Of a stretch of DNA of 64,000 nucleotides, positions 48,482-57,626 are shown piece by piece. The notes beneath the pieces are model-generated. The model ran no database searches. It was not told where the DNA came from and saw nothing but the letters and a program-made list of their open reading frames with translations. How positions within the stretch are numbered: position 1 is the stretch's first letter; each line of letters starts with the position of its first letter. Made by a program: the position numbers and the translations under genes. The DNA is from an uncultured Desulfarculus sp. (GTDB lineage: Bacteria; Desulfobacterota; Desulfarculia; Desulfarculales; Desulfarculaceae). The stretch is taken from NCBI GenBank assembly GCA_963665125.2, contig CAXXUK010000002.1:320001-384000 (forward strand), given 5' to 3'.

Positions 48482-48997
48482 TTATTCGATGTCCGCGCCG
48501 AACACACTTTTCATGCGTTTGACGGCCGCCTGGGCGGCTTCGTCGTCAAAGTCGGCCACCGCGTCCAGGGGCACCCTGACCTTGATGCCCCGGTAGAACA
48601 GGCCGCCCACGGCCTCCATGACGCAGATATGGGTGCACACGCCCACCACCGTGGCCGATTTGATCTTGCGCTCCCGCAGGATCTTGCCCGCCTCGGTGCG
48701 GTGGAACATGTCAAAGGTCTTTTTGGGGATGATCACATCGCCGGTTTGGGGCTGCAATTCGTCGACAATGGCGGCTCCCGGCGTTCCGGCTATGGCATGG
48801 GGCGGAAAAAAGTCGAACTCGCCATCGTCGGTGTCGTGGGCGTCGCAGGCATAGATGACCACGCCGCCTTCCCGGCGCACGGCATCCATCTCGCGCTGAA
48901 TGGCCGGAATCAATTCTTCGGCTCCAGGCGTGTAGAGGGGTCCGCCAGGTTTGACAAAGTCGTTGAGCATGTCGCTGATGATCAGAGCCTGGGTCAT
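48482..48997 (-). CDS. Isochorismatase/nicotinamidase-family cysteine hydrolase
   Basis: DMLNDF, DAH, FPPHA, VGVCTHICV. Confidence 0.9.
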   Translation of the reverse strand: MTQALIISDMLNDFVKPGGPLYTPGAEELIPAIQREMDAVRREGGVVIYACDAHDTDDGEFDFFPPHAIAGTPGAAIVDELQPQTGDVIIPKKTFDMFHRTEAGKILRERKIKSATVVGVCTHICVMEAVGGLFYRGIKVRVPLDAVADFDDEAAQAAVKRMKSVFGADIE

Positions 48998-49146
48998 GGC
49001 CGCCTCCTGTATTGCCAAGTGTAAAGGTATTGTACAACGCTGGATAATCAGCGCCAAGCGCAGCCGCTTTGCCTGAATTGCATGCTATGATATTCCTAAA
49101 TCCAGAGAAGAAAATCATTTTATGAAAAACTTTCCGGAGGGGTGAA

Positions 49147-49950
49147 ATGATACGTGAACCAGCCGTGGCCGGACGGTTTTACCCCGGCACAGCCGGTCAG
49201 TTGCAGGCCGAGGTGGACGCCATGCTGGCCGTAGATACGGTGCCCGTCGATGCCCTGTTGGCCGTGTGCCCCCATGCGGGCTATGTCTTTTCCGGGCCCA
49301 CGGCGGGCAAGGTCCTGGGCCGGGTCAACGTTCCCCGCCGGGTTTTGCTCATGGGCCCCAATCACCAGGGTGTGGGCCGGCCCGTGGCCTTGATGAGCCG
49401 TGGCCAATGGAAGACGCCCCTGGGCCTGGTGGATCTGGACGCCCGGCTGGGCGAACTGCTGCAAAAATACGGACCGTATATCGAGGAAGACGATACGGCG
49501 CATAGATTCGAGCATTCACTCGAAGTAATCGTGCCGTTTCTGCAGCGCCGCCAGCCTGAGTTGTTGCTGACTCCCATCTGCCTGATGGGCATCGGCGCCG
49601 AGGACTGTATCACCGTGGGCCGGGCCATTGCCGGGGCCGTCAAGGAGCTTGGCGAGCCGGTGCTCATCGTGGCCAGTACGGACATGAGCCATTATATATC
49701 GGCGGCCAAGGCCAAGGAGCTTGACGGCCAGGCCATCGAGCGGGTGTTGGAGCTTGACCCCATGGGCCTGTACCAGACGGTGCGGGGCCAGGGGATATCC
49801 ATGTGCGGGGTGGTGCCCACGGCCATCGGTTTGGCCGCGGCCAATGAGTTGGGCGCGCAAAAGGCCGAGTTGGTGGATTACACCCATAGCGGCAAGGTCA
49901 CCGGTGATGACAAGGAGGTGGTGGCCTACGCGGGGATGATCGTGAGTTGA
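49147..49950 (+). CDS. amrB: AmmeMemoRadiSam system protein B (MEMO1 family)
   Basis: REPAVAGRFYP, PHAGY..SG, GPNH, EHSLEV, STDMSHY, SMCG. Confidence 0.92.
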   Translation: MIREPAVAGRFYPGTAGQLQAEVDAMLAVDTVPVDALLAVCPHAGYVFSGPTAGKVLGRVNVPRRVLLMGPNHQGVGRPVALMSRGQWKTPLGLVDLDARLGELLQKYGPYIEEDDTAHRFEHSLEVIVPFLQRRQPELLLTPICLMGIGAEDCITVGRAIAGAVKELGEPVLIVASTDMSHYISAAKAKELDGQAIERVLELDPMGLYQTVRGQGISMCGVVPTAIGLAAANELGAQKAELVDYTHSGKVTGDDKEVVAYAGMIVS

Positions 49951-50112
49951 GGGAGGCATGGCGGCATTGCCGTTTTGATGCCATCGGCCCATCCTTGGGC
50001 CATGGTGAAGCGCACCGGCCGGAGCAAGTTCGAAAATCAATTGAGTTTCTTTTAAGTGGCTCCCAACGGGGGCACAGGTGTTTATTGGGGTGCTGCGTTC
50101 TGCCCGAGCCTT

Positions 50113-50266
50113 GGGGGGCAAAGCCTTTTGCCTCCGGCGGCCAGAGGGGATTCTTCGCTTTTGAGCAATATCAAAAGCTCGCCATCCCCTCTGGACTCCC
50201 GGCTCGCAAAAATATATCTGGTCCAGCAGGTATGAAACCGGCCCGCGAGCGGATAAGCCCCGGGAG
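50113..50266. repeat. Multi-hairpin intergenic element (REP/MITE-like)
   Basis: CCAGAGGGGAT/ATCCCCTCTGG enclosing GCTTTTGA/TCAAAAGC; CTCCCGG/CCGGGAG; GCTCGC/GCGAGC. Confidence 0.5.
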
Positions 50267-50674
50267 CTATTCCTTCCCTGCCCAGTCGTGGACCGAACTG
50301 CTGTTGGCCAAATTCCTTGGCTGCGTTTCGAAAACGGCGTGGGGGTGATGCCCCGTCCGTGTATCAATGGCCGATCGTGCCGAGCGGCGTACCTTTTAAC
50401 TCGCTTTGCTGCCCGACCCAAACGGCCCCATACGTACACTTTGGTTCGGCCCGCATGCCGGGTCATGGCGTAGGTTTACGGGAAACGATCGTTTCCGCCC
50501 GCCAACACGTATGGAAGAGCTACACATTCCGGCATATCCCAGGAAATCCCAGACCCAATTCGAGGCAACGTCACTCGGTCGGGGCCACTGGCGTCTGTTG
50601 GGGCAGTGAGTGCTCCCCAGCTTTGGGAGCCCAGGCCCTGGGCCCCGCTTTGGGAGCGCAAACATTGCGCTTGC

Positions 50675-50947
50675 GTTAGGCCCAGATGTAGAGGACGCTG
50701 AAACCGGCGCTTCGCCCATTCAAACCTCCGTGGCCCCATCAGAAGCGCATCGAAATAGCAACTCAGCGGCTGTACGGATAGTCTGGCCAGGACGGCCAGC
50801 CCGGCGCAGCGCGATGCGAAGCGAAGCCATGCGCCGTAAGCCCCGGATCGGACTTGTTCCGTCCGGGGCGCTGTTCCTCGGGCCAGGGATGGTCCGAGGA
50901 ACAAGAAATCAGGTTAGGCCCAGATGTAGAGGGCGCTGAAACCGGCG
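50675..50947. repeat. 35-bp direct repeat (50675-50709, 50913-50947; 1 mismatch) flanking a 203-bp structured insert
   Basis: GTTAGGCCCAGATGTAGAGG(A/G)CGCTGAAACCGGCG; the second copy is the 3' end of the YqaA-like gene. Confidence 0.9.
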
Positions 50948-51495
50948 ATGATGATCAGAAACATGGACCACCCCACCAAACGGCCATGGGTTTCGATAAA
51001 GCGCCGGACGGAGGGGCCGAACCACCAGAACAGGGTGGAGATTCCGAAAAAGCGCAGGGCCCTGGAGACCAGGGAAACGGCCATGAACAGGCCCAGGGGC
51101 ACCGCGCCCAGGCCGCTGACAATGCTGATGACCTTGTAGGGAATGGGCGTAAGGCCGCCCACGGCAACGAAGGCGATGCCGTTTTGGGCCAGCTTTTGCT
51201 GAAAAAAGGCCATCTGGTTTTGAAAGCCGTAGAGGCCCACCAGCCAGGCGCCCACTGTCTCATAGAGAAACATGCCGATGAAATAACCCGCCAGGCCGCC
51301 GAGCACGCTGGCCGCGGTGGCCACGGCGGCCACCAGCCAGACCCGCCGCCTGTCGGCCAACATCAGGGGGATGGACACGGCCTCGATGGGTATGGGCAGG
51401 CAGGCGCTTTCGGCAAAGGAGGCCCCGGCCAGGACCCACAGGGCCCCGGGGCCCGCGGCGGCTTCCATCATCCAGCGGTAGACGCGTTCGAACAA
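50914..51495 (-). CDS. YqaA/DedA-family (VTT) membrane protein
   Basis: SFAESACLPIP, ASVLGGLAGY, GLTPIPYKV, SRALRFF; start (TTG) uncertain. Confidence 0.88.
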   Translation of the reverse strand: MFERVYRWMMEAAAGPGALWVLAGASFAESACLPIPIEAVSIPLMLADRRRVWLVAAVATAASVLGGLAGYFIGMFLYETVGAWLVGLYGFQNQMAFFQQKLAQNGIAFVAVGGLTPIPYKVISIVSGLGAVPLGLFMAVSLVSRALRFFGISTLFWWFGPSVRRFIETHGRLVGWSMFLIIIAGFSALYIWA

Positions 51496-51509
51496 GGGGC
51501 TGGGTCCCG

Positions 51510-53915
51510 CTACGCCGCTTTTTCCGATGAGTACAGGTCCCACTGACGCATGAAGGCCGCTTCAAAGGACCTGCTCTGGGAGTATTCCCTGGCTGTGGCG
51601 GCCATGGCCTTTCGGCGCTGGTGGTTGCCGCAGAGTTCGGCCATGGCCCTGGCCAGGGCAATGGCGTCGCCGCCGGGCACGATCAGGCCGGTTTGGCCGT
51701 CGATGATATTTTCCCTGGGGCCGCCCTGATCGGAGACGATGACCGGTAAACCCGAGGCCTGGGCCTCCAGGATGACATTGCCGAAAGTGTCGGTGGTGCT
51801 GGGGAAGACGAATACGTCGGCCGAGGCATAGGCTTCGGCCAAATCTTCGTCGTGCAGGTAACCGGTGAACACCGCCGGGACGCCGCGAAGTTCCCGCTGC
51901 ATCTGCTCAAGGTAGGGGCCGTCGCCCACCACCACAAGTTGCAGGCGGGGCATGTCCCTGGTGATGCGCTTGAAGGCCTCCACCAAGACGGGCAGGTCCT
52001 TTTCCTTGCTTATTCTACCGACATACAACAGCTTGAGGCGGTCGTCCAGGCCATAGCGGACTTTGTAAAAGCCGTTGCGGCGGGCCGGGTTGAATTGCTC
52101 GGTGTTGACTCCCCTGGGGTAGAGCATGACCTTGGCCGGGTCGATGCCCTTGTCGATGAGTTCCTGGCCCGTTTCCTCGGAAGGTACATAGATCCGGTTC
52201 ATCTGGTCGTAGTACCACAATGTGTAGCGCCAGGTGATTTCCTCAATGGTCTGGTCGCCGGTGAGGTAGTGGGCGTACTGGGGTATCTGGGTGTGATAGG
52301 TGCCGCTGATGGGCAGTTGGAGGATGCGGGCGATGCCCAGGGCGGCCAGGCCCATGAAACCCGGCGTGGCCGAGTGGATGTGGGTGAAGCCCTGCTCGAA
52401 TACATAGTTGAGCATGGTCAGAAAAGGCGGCATGTAGAGCTTTTGCTGCTCATATTCGGGCAACTCGTAGATGCTGACCGGATCAAAGTTTTTGACGCAT
52501 TGCTCACCGGCCGGTTTGTCGGGCGAGCAGGTGAGCATGGTCAGCTCCATGCCTTGTTTGGCCGCGTGCCGGGCCTGTTGTTGCAGGGTAAGGGCAACGC
52601 CGTTGACGTCGTAAAATGTGTCGGTGAAGTGGGCCACCTTGATTTCCTCGGGCTCGGTCTGGCCCAGGAAGCGGCCCCGCAAGGCCCGGTTCATGGCCTT
52701 GTCCCGTCCGAACAGGCCGTAGGAGATAAAATACGGGCCCATGAACAGGGCAAGGGAACCCGCCCCGCCGATGCTGTTGAATATCTTGAAGATGTTGCCT
52801 TGCCGGGTCTGGTCCAGGATTTTTTTGCCAAAGTGGCTCAGGGCCTGGGAACTGACCCGCTCGGAAAAGCGGAACCAGCGCTGCTCGGGAGTTTCTCCGG
52901 GGATTTTCCTGCCCCGCACGATCTCGCGCAGGTCGTCGTTCTGGGAAATGAGGCGTTCGCCTTCCCTGCGGATGACGTCGGTGATCTTTTCATTGCGGCG
53001 GCGGTAGTGGCGCTTGGCCTGGCCCCAGACGCCGATAAGCCGCTCCACCAGGCCCGGTGTGTTGCTTTCGCCGGGCCTCAGCATGCGGTCCAGAAAGCGC
53101 TTCATCAGGTCTCCGCCGGCGTAGCGGTCCAGGCGGAAGCGGTTGGCGTAATACTGATAGGCGATGGCGTAAAGGTTGTGGGCGATTGTCTCCGGTGTGG
53201 AGCCTTCGCCCCGGGGCTCTGTTTGGCCCTGGCGCACGGCCTCGAAAAACTGGCTCAGGCTGGCCGCCATGGGCGCTTCGGTGTGCATGCGGGTGACGTT
53301 GAGGGAACCGTGGTCGTCCGAACCGGCGATTATGCTTTTGTTCCAGGGCTCCAAATGAGTGGGCTCAATGTTGTGCTTGTCGGCCAGTTCGACGATCAGT
53401 TCTCTGTCCAGGGAGTCCAATACGGCCTGCAACAGTTGGTTTTGGCCGTGGTTGCGGGCGCCGTTGTGCTCGAAGACCTTGAATAGCAGCAGTATCTTTT
53501 CAAAGTGCTCCAGGGTAAGCAGGTTGTTGACGGCATACAGGGGGTGGGCGATACCGTGGAGGATGTCCCGGCCGTTGAGATAGCCCACCAGATCGTAGAC
53601 ATTGCGGCGGATGCGCTGGATGTCGCCGTGGATCTTTTCGTTGATGTTGTAGACCAGCACATGGAGCTTGCAGCCATCCTCGGGGAAGTAGGTGGTCACT
53701 TCCTCGCTGATGAACGCACCGGGCAGGTGGGCGATTTCCAAGCAGCCGTCGATGGTGTTGTGGTCGGTGAGGGTGAAGCCGTCCATGCCCAGGCGGGCGG
53801 TTAGGCGGCGCAGCATCTCCGGCGGGCTGAAACTCTCCGGGCAGCCGATCTTCTGCAATACCCACTGGGAGGGCCGCTTGGAGTGCTTCGAGTGGAGGTG
53901 CATGTCAATTTTCAC
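51510..53915 (-). CDS. PHP-domain + GT4 glycosyltransferase fusion
   Basis: DMHLHS, TDHN, AHP, GSDDH; then FTDTF.DVNGV, YHT, GRISKEK, DTFGNVILEAQASGLP. Confidence 0.9.
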   Translation of the reverse strand: MKIDMHLHSKHSKRPSQWVLQKIGCPESFSPPEMLRRLTARLGMDGFTLTDHNTIDGCLEIAHLPGAFISEEVTTYFPEDGCKLHVLVYNINEKIHGDIQRIRRNVYDLVGYLNGRDILHGIAHPLYAVNNLLTLEHFEKILLLFKVFEHNGARNHGQNQLLQAVLDSLDRELIVELADKHNIEPTHLEPWNKSIIAGSDDHGSLNVTRMHTEAPMAASLSQFFEAVRQGQTEPRGEGSTPETIAHNLYAIAYQYYANRFRLDRYAGGDLMKRFLDRMLRPGESNTPGLVERLIGVWGQAKRHYRRRNEKITDVIRREGERLISQNDDLREIVRGRKIPGETPEQRWFRFSERVSSQALSHFGKKILDQTRQGNIFKIFNSIGGAGSLALFMGPYFISYGLFGRDKAMNRALRGRFLGQTEPEEIKVAHFTDTFYDVNGVALTLQQQARHAAKQGMELTMLTCSPDKPAGEQCVKNFDPVSIYELPEYEQQKLYMPPFLTMLNYVFEQGFTHIHSATPGFMGLAALGIARILQLPISGTYHTQIPQYAHYLTGDQTIEEITWRYTLWYYDQMNRIYVPSEETGQELIDKGIDPAKVMLYPRGVNTEQFNPARRNGFYKVRYGLDDRLKLLYVGRISKEKDLPVLVEAFKRITRDMPRLQLVVVGDGPYLEQMQRELRGVPAVFTGYLHDEDLAEAYASADVFVFPSTTDTFGNVILEAQASGLPVIVSDQGGPRENIIDGQTGLIVPGGDAIALARAMAELCGNHQRRKAMAATAREYSQSRSFEAAFMRQWDLYSSEKAA

Positions 53916-54177
53916 GTCAGCTCCTTTTCATCGGCAAAGAAAAACCGGCTCCAACAGCCGGCATGAGGGCGGAACCACGCATGCGGTTTATGAATTTCAG
54001 ATAGACCGCGTGGGTTTGATTCGAGGATTTATATCCAACCGCTGGCCGCATGGCTGGGCCCTCCCGAGAGTTGGACGGTAGTCCGGCGAAACCAGGCCCG
54101 GGCGTGTAACCATTTAGAGCTTCGCCGGACCACCGGCCCAAAGTGCATTTACCGGCTCTATTTAAACCAGACGGATG

Positions 54178-54192
54178 TGGCAAAAACGTTGC
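54178..54192 (+). promoter_or_regulatory. Probable sigma-54 promoter for the porin gene
   Basis: TGGCAA-AAACG-TTGC (GG-N10-GC). Confidence 0.5.
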
Positions 54193-54332
54193 AATAAATG
54201 GGATGTTTGCCGAACTTCGTGTTTCAGAGGGCGGTTTGAAATGTGCACTGAACCTTCCCGGTCCTTGCGCGTTGACATCGGGAACGGCAATAATAGGCCG
54301 CCGACGGATTGATGGGGAAAGGGACCTGGACG

Positions 54333-55709
54333 ATGCCACAGGGATGTTTAAAACATGCAATTGCGGTGGTTTGGTTGGCCCTGGCCGTGGCGGTCTTTGG
54401 GCTGCCGGGCCAGGTGGCCGCGGCCACCAGCCAGTACATCCTGGAAGAAGACGGCGCGGGCGGATCGGCCCTGGACCAGCAGACGCCCCTGCCTGACGCC
54501 TTCGAGCCCGAGCCCGAGTCTTTTTGCGACATGGATATCTTTGACCAGACCAAATCGACCCTGGCCCCGTTTGTCTGCAACAGCAGCCTGAAACTGCGTC
54601 TGCGCACCTATTACTTCAACCAGAGCACGGACAACAAGCCCGACAAGTCGGCCTGGACACTGGGCGGCTGGCTCGATTACCAATCGGGCTGGTTCGCCGA
54701 CCGGCTCCGCGTGGAAGCGGCGGTGTACACAAGCCAGCCCCTGTGGGCGCCAGACGACCGGGACGGCTCGCGGCTCTTGGCACCCGGCCAGGAGGCCATC
54801 ACCGTCCTGGGCCAGGCCAACCTGGATCTGCGAATTGTCGACGGTACGGAATTGACCCTGTACCGCCAGGACCTGGACCTGCCGTTCATCAACCGCCGGG
54901 ACAACCGCATGGTGCCCAACACCTTTGAGGCGTACATGCTCAATTCCCGGACCCTGGACAAACTCAAGTTCGTGGCCGGTCATGTGACGGCCATCAAGCC
55001 CAGGGATGGAAACAGCTTCCAGAGCATGACCGGGGCCGCAGGCATCAAGGGACACGACAAGGGCGTCAGCGTGGCCGGGGTGCTTGTAGAGCCGTTCAAG
55101 GACGTCAGCCTGGGCCTGGTCACCGAATACGGCTGGGACTATATGAACGCCGTCTACGCCGAGGCCACCACCGGCTGGAAGCTGACCGAAAAAAGCGACC
55201 TGTCCGTCTCGGCCCAATATGCCCGCCAAACCAGCGTCGGCGACGAGCTGGGCGGCGGGTTCGACACGTATTTCTGGGGCGGCGGCGTTACCCTGGGCTA
55301 CCACGGGGCCGTTTTCACGGCGGCGGTAACCGGCGTCGACGACAGCAGCGGCGTGGTCAATCCCTGGGGCGGCTATCCCGGCTACACCTCCATGATGATC
55401 GAAAACTTCAACCGGGCCGGGGAATGGGCCTGGCTGGTGCGGGCCTCCTACGACTGCACACGGGCCGGGCTGGAGGGCCTAAGCGGCATGATCCGTTACG
55501 GCCGGGGCTACACACCGGACAACGGATCAAACGCCTCGCCCGACGAGGCCGAGTTGGATATCGCCATTGACTGGCGCTTCAAGGAGGGCCCGTTGCAGGG
55601 TATGTGGCTGCGCCTGCACGGCGGCTTCCTGGACCAATGGGGCCACCCCCAGGCGGCCGACGCCACGGAGATCCGCCTGGTGCTCAACTACGACTTTTCC
55701 ATCCTGTAG
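54333..55709 (+). CDS. OprD-family outer-membrane porin
   Basis: Signal peptide; LRTYYFN, YQSGWF, DNRMVPNTFEA, FNRAGE.AW, RLVLNYDFSIL. Confidence 0.88.
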   Translation: MPQGCLKHAIAVVWLALAVAVFGLPGQVAAATSQYILEEDGAGGSALDQQTPLPDAFEPEPESFCDMDIFDQTKSTLAPFVCNSSLKLRLRTYYFNQSTDNKPDKSAWTLGGWLDYQSGWFADRLRVEAAVYTSQPLWAPDDRDGSRLLAPGQEAITVLGQANLDLRIVDGTELTLYRQDLDLPFINRRDNRMVPNTFEAYMLNSRTLDKLKFVAGHVTAIKPRDGNSFQSMTGAAGIKGHDKGVSVAGVLVEPFKDVSLGLVTEYGWDYMNAVYAEATTGWKLTEKSDLSVSAQYARQTSVGDELGGGFDTYFWGGGVTLGYHGAVFTAAVTGVDDSSGVVNPWGGYPGYTSMMIENFNRAGEWAWLVRASYDCTRAGLEGLSGMIRYGRGYTPDNGSNASPDEAELDIAIDWRFKEGPLQGMWLRLHGGFLDQWGHPQAADATEIRLVLNYDFSIL

Positions 55710-55747
55710 GCGCGGCTGTTCTGCTGATGCGCACGATAATAATAATG

Positions 55748-56293
55748 CTACTTTAAACCAGATAAAGCCCTGATGATCCCCTTGGTCCGGTCGCTGACAA
55801 CGCGCAAATCCTGTTCGTTGGGACGCCCTATGATGTCTCCCAGCCGGCCCTTGGTATTCATTTCCGTTTCCTTGTTGAATTGACCAACTATATGCCAGCG
55901 GTCCAGAACCGCGAACCCGATGTGCTCAAAAAATGAACGCAACCACATGGTCATCGGAACCGCTTCGTTCTTTCCAATGTGTGGACCGGCATAAGTGCAA
56001 AAACATACAGCGTATTTGCCTGGCAATATGGGCGATGAAGGGATTATTTTCCCTTGGCTGGCATACGATTTAAGGGTCTTTTTTATGAATTCCATCATTT
56101 GTTTGGTGGGCAGCCAGTCAATAACTGGAGATCCTGTAAACACCAGATCGTAATCGAAAAAATCGAGATCAATTTCGGATTTCAGTTTGGTTAAAACAAC
56201 TTCATGGTCAGATTCTTTTAAAGCATCGGAAATCTGCTGAGCTACTTTTTCAGTATTTCCACCGAGGGAATCATACAAGATCAGGCTTTTCAT
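55748..56293 (-). CDS. Flavodoxin-like protein (AT-rich)
   Basis: ILYDSLGGNTEKVA, YDLVFTGSPV, FCTYAG. Confidence 0.85.
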   Translation of the reverse strand: MKSLILYDSLGGNTEKVAQQISDALKESDHEVVLTKLKSEIDLDFFDYDLVFTGSPVIDWLPTKQMMEFIKKTLKSYASQGKIIPSSPILPGKYAVCFCTYAGPHIGKNEAVPMTMWLRSFFEHIGFAVLDRWHIVGQFNKETEMNTKGRLGDIIGRPNEQDLRVVSDRTKGIIRALSGLK

Positions 56294-56584
56294 CGTTGGC
56301 TCCACTTTTTGCCGTCATTGTCGAATAATCAAAAGCCGACAATCTGCCGGCCGGTATGAATTATTGGTGATGATTGCATTGAAATAAGACATGAAATCCA
56401 AGTCGTGCAGTAGCTGTTGCACCAGCCGTCTGGTGTCTACGGCAGGGAAGGCAGGTCAAATCTCCTGACTTTAATAGAACAATATCCAATCCATCTTCTT
56501 CCGTCAATCCATCGCGGCGTCCCGGCCTGTATCTGCTTACGCCGGACGCAACGGAGTTGCGCCTAGTGATCAACTTTGGCTTTT

Positions 56585-56974
56585 CTATCCTGAAGGCGCG
56601 CCGTACATGAAAGACACAATGACCAACGCCGCGCCCCAGCACAGGGCTATTACGGCCTTGATGGCGAAACGCCAGCCGGTCTCGCCGTAGCGCTGGCCCG
56701 TGTTGGCGAACATCCCCGGCAGCAGGATCATCAGCAGGCCTTTGACGACCAGCAGCCAGCCGCAGGCATAGACCAGGGTGGGCCAATCCAGGATCCAGTT
56801 GTTCCAGGTGCAGACGATGATAAGGCCGAAAACCAGGGCCAAAGAGCCCATCATCAACAGGCCCACCGGGTTGTTCATTTTGGCGTAGCGCCTGCGGTTA
56901 ATCAGCGCGCCAGCGGCCAGCACGGCCGCGAATATCCCAAAGGCCCGCAACAGGCCAGCAGGATTCATGATCAT
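56585..56974 (-). CDS. Four-TM membrane protein, tandem paralog 2
   Basis: GLIIVC..W..DW.TLVY..GWL...KG; aligns with 56995-57399. Confidence 0.75.
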   Translation of the reverse strand: MIMNPAGLLRAFGIFAAVLAAGALINRRRYAKMNNPVGLLMMGSLALVFGLIIVCTWNNWILDWPTLVYACGWLLVVKGLLMILLPGMFANTGQRYGETGWRFAIKAVIALCWGAALVIVSFMYGAPSG

Positions 56975-56994
56975 GCCGGAGTCGAACTTCACCC

Positions 56995-57399
56995 TTAGCC
57001 CTGTGGCGTTGCGTAAAGGAAAGATACGATGACCAACGCCGCGCCCCAGCACAGGCTGACCAGGGCCTGGAGGGCGAAAAGACCTTCAGAATGGGTGTAG
57101 GGCCTGCCGATTTTCTCGAACAGGCCGGGGAAGACGGTGATCATTACGCCCTTGATGGTGACGAGCCAGCCGCTGATATACACGAACAGGGTCCAATCCC
57201 AGGCCCAGGTCTCTTGGCCGCAAACGATCAATAGGCCGATGATCAGACTAATCAACCCGGCCAAGAGTAAAATGGCCGGATTGTTCAGCATTTCCTCGAG
57301 CACCTTGGCCATGTTCCGGCGGTTGACCAGGGTGCCCAGGGCCAGGATGACGATCAGCAGGCCCAGAAAGCGGGCCATGAATACCGTTGTCCCAGTCAT
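56995..57399 (-). CDS. Four-TM membrane protein, tandem paralog 1
   Basis: Shares LCWGAALVIVSF.Y with its neighbour at protein and DNA level. Confidence 0.8.
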   Translation of the reverse strand: MTGTTVFMARFLGLLIVILALGTLVNRRNMAKVLEEMLNNPAILLLAGLISLIIGLLIVCGQETWAWDWTLFVYISGWLVTIKGVMITVFPGLFEKIGRPYTHSEGLFALQALVSLCWGAALVIVSFLYATPQG

Positions 57400-57567
57400 T
57401 TTTGTTCCCCCTTGTAAATGGGATATCTTCTGTAGGATATAACCACTGTTGCACGGCGCAAACGGCCGTGTCCAGTGACAAAGCAGTGAAGGCCTTGTTT
57501 TAATTGGAAGTTATGTAAGGTGCTTGTGCTTGAAGCCCGGACGTGCCGGCCTGATGAAAAGGCGCAA

Positions 57568-57608
57568 AAAAGCTGATGCCCCCCGGTCCGGGCAGGGCAT
57601 CAGCTTTT
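57568..57608. terminator. Bidirectional terminator
   Basis: AAAAGCTGATGCCC...GGGCATCAGCTTTT. Confidence 0.7.
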
Positions 57609-57626
57609 CCAGTTTGGCGATGGAAA

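Noticed and set aside
49947..50939. Several short ORFs in the amrB-yqaA gap
   Set aside because: No RBS, motifs or coding-like composition; the sequence is better explained by hairpins and repeats
50675..50947. 35-bp repeats as a minimal CRISPR array
   Set aside because: Only two copies, a 203-bp spacer, the repeat is coding sequence, and there are no cas genes
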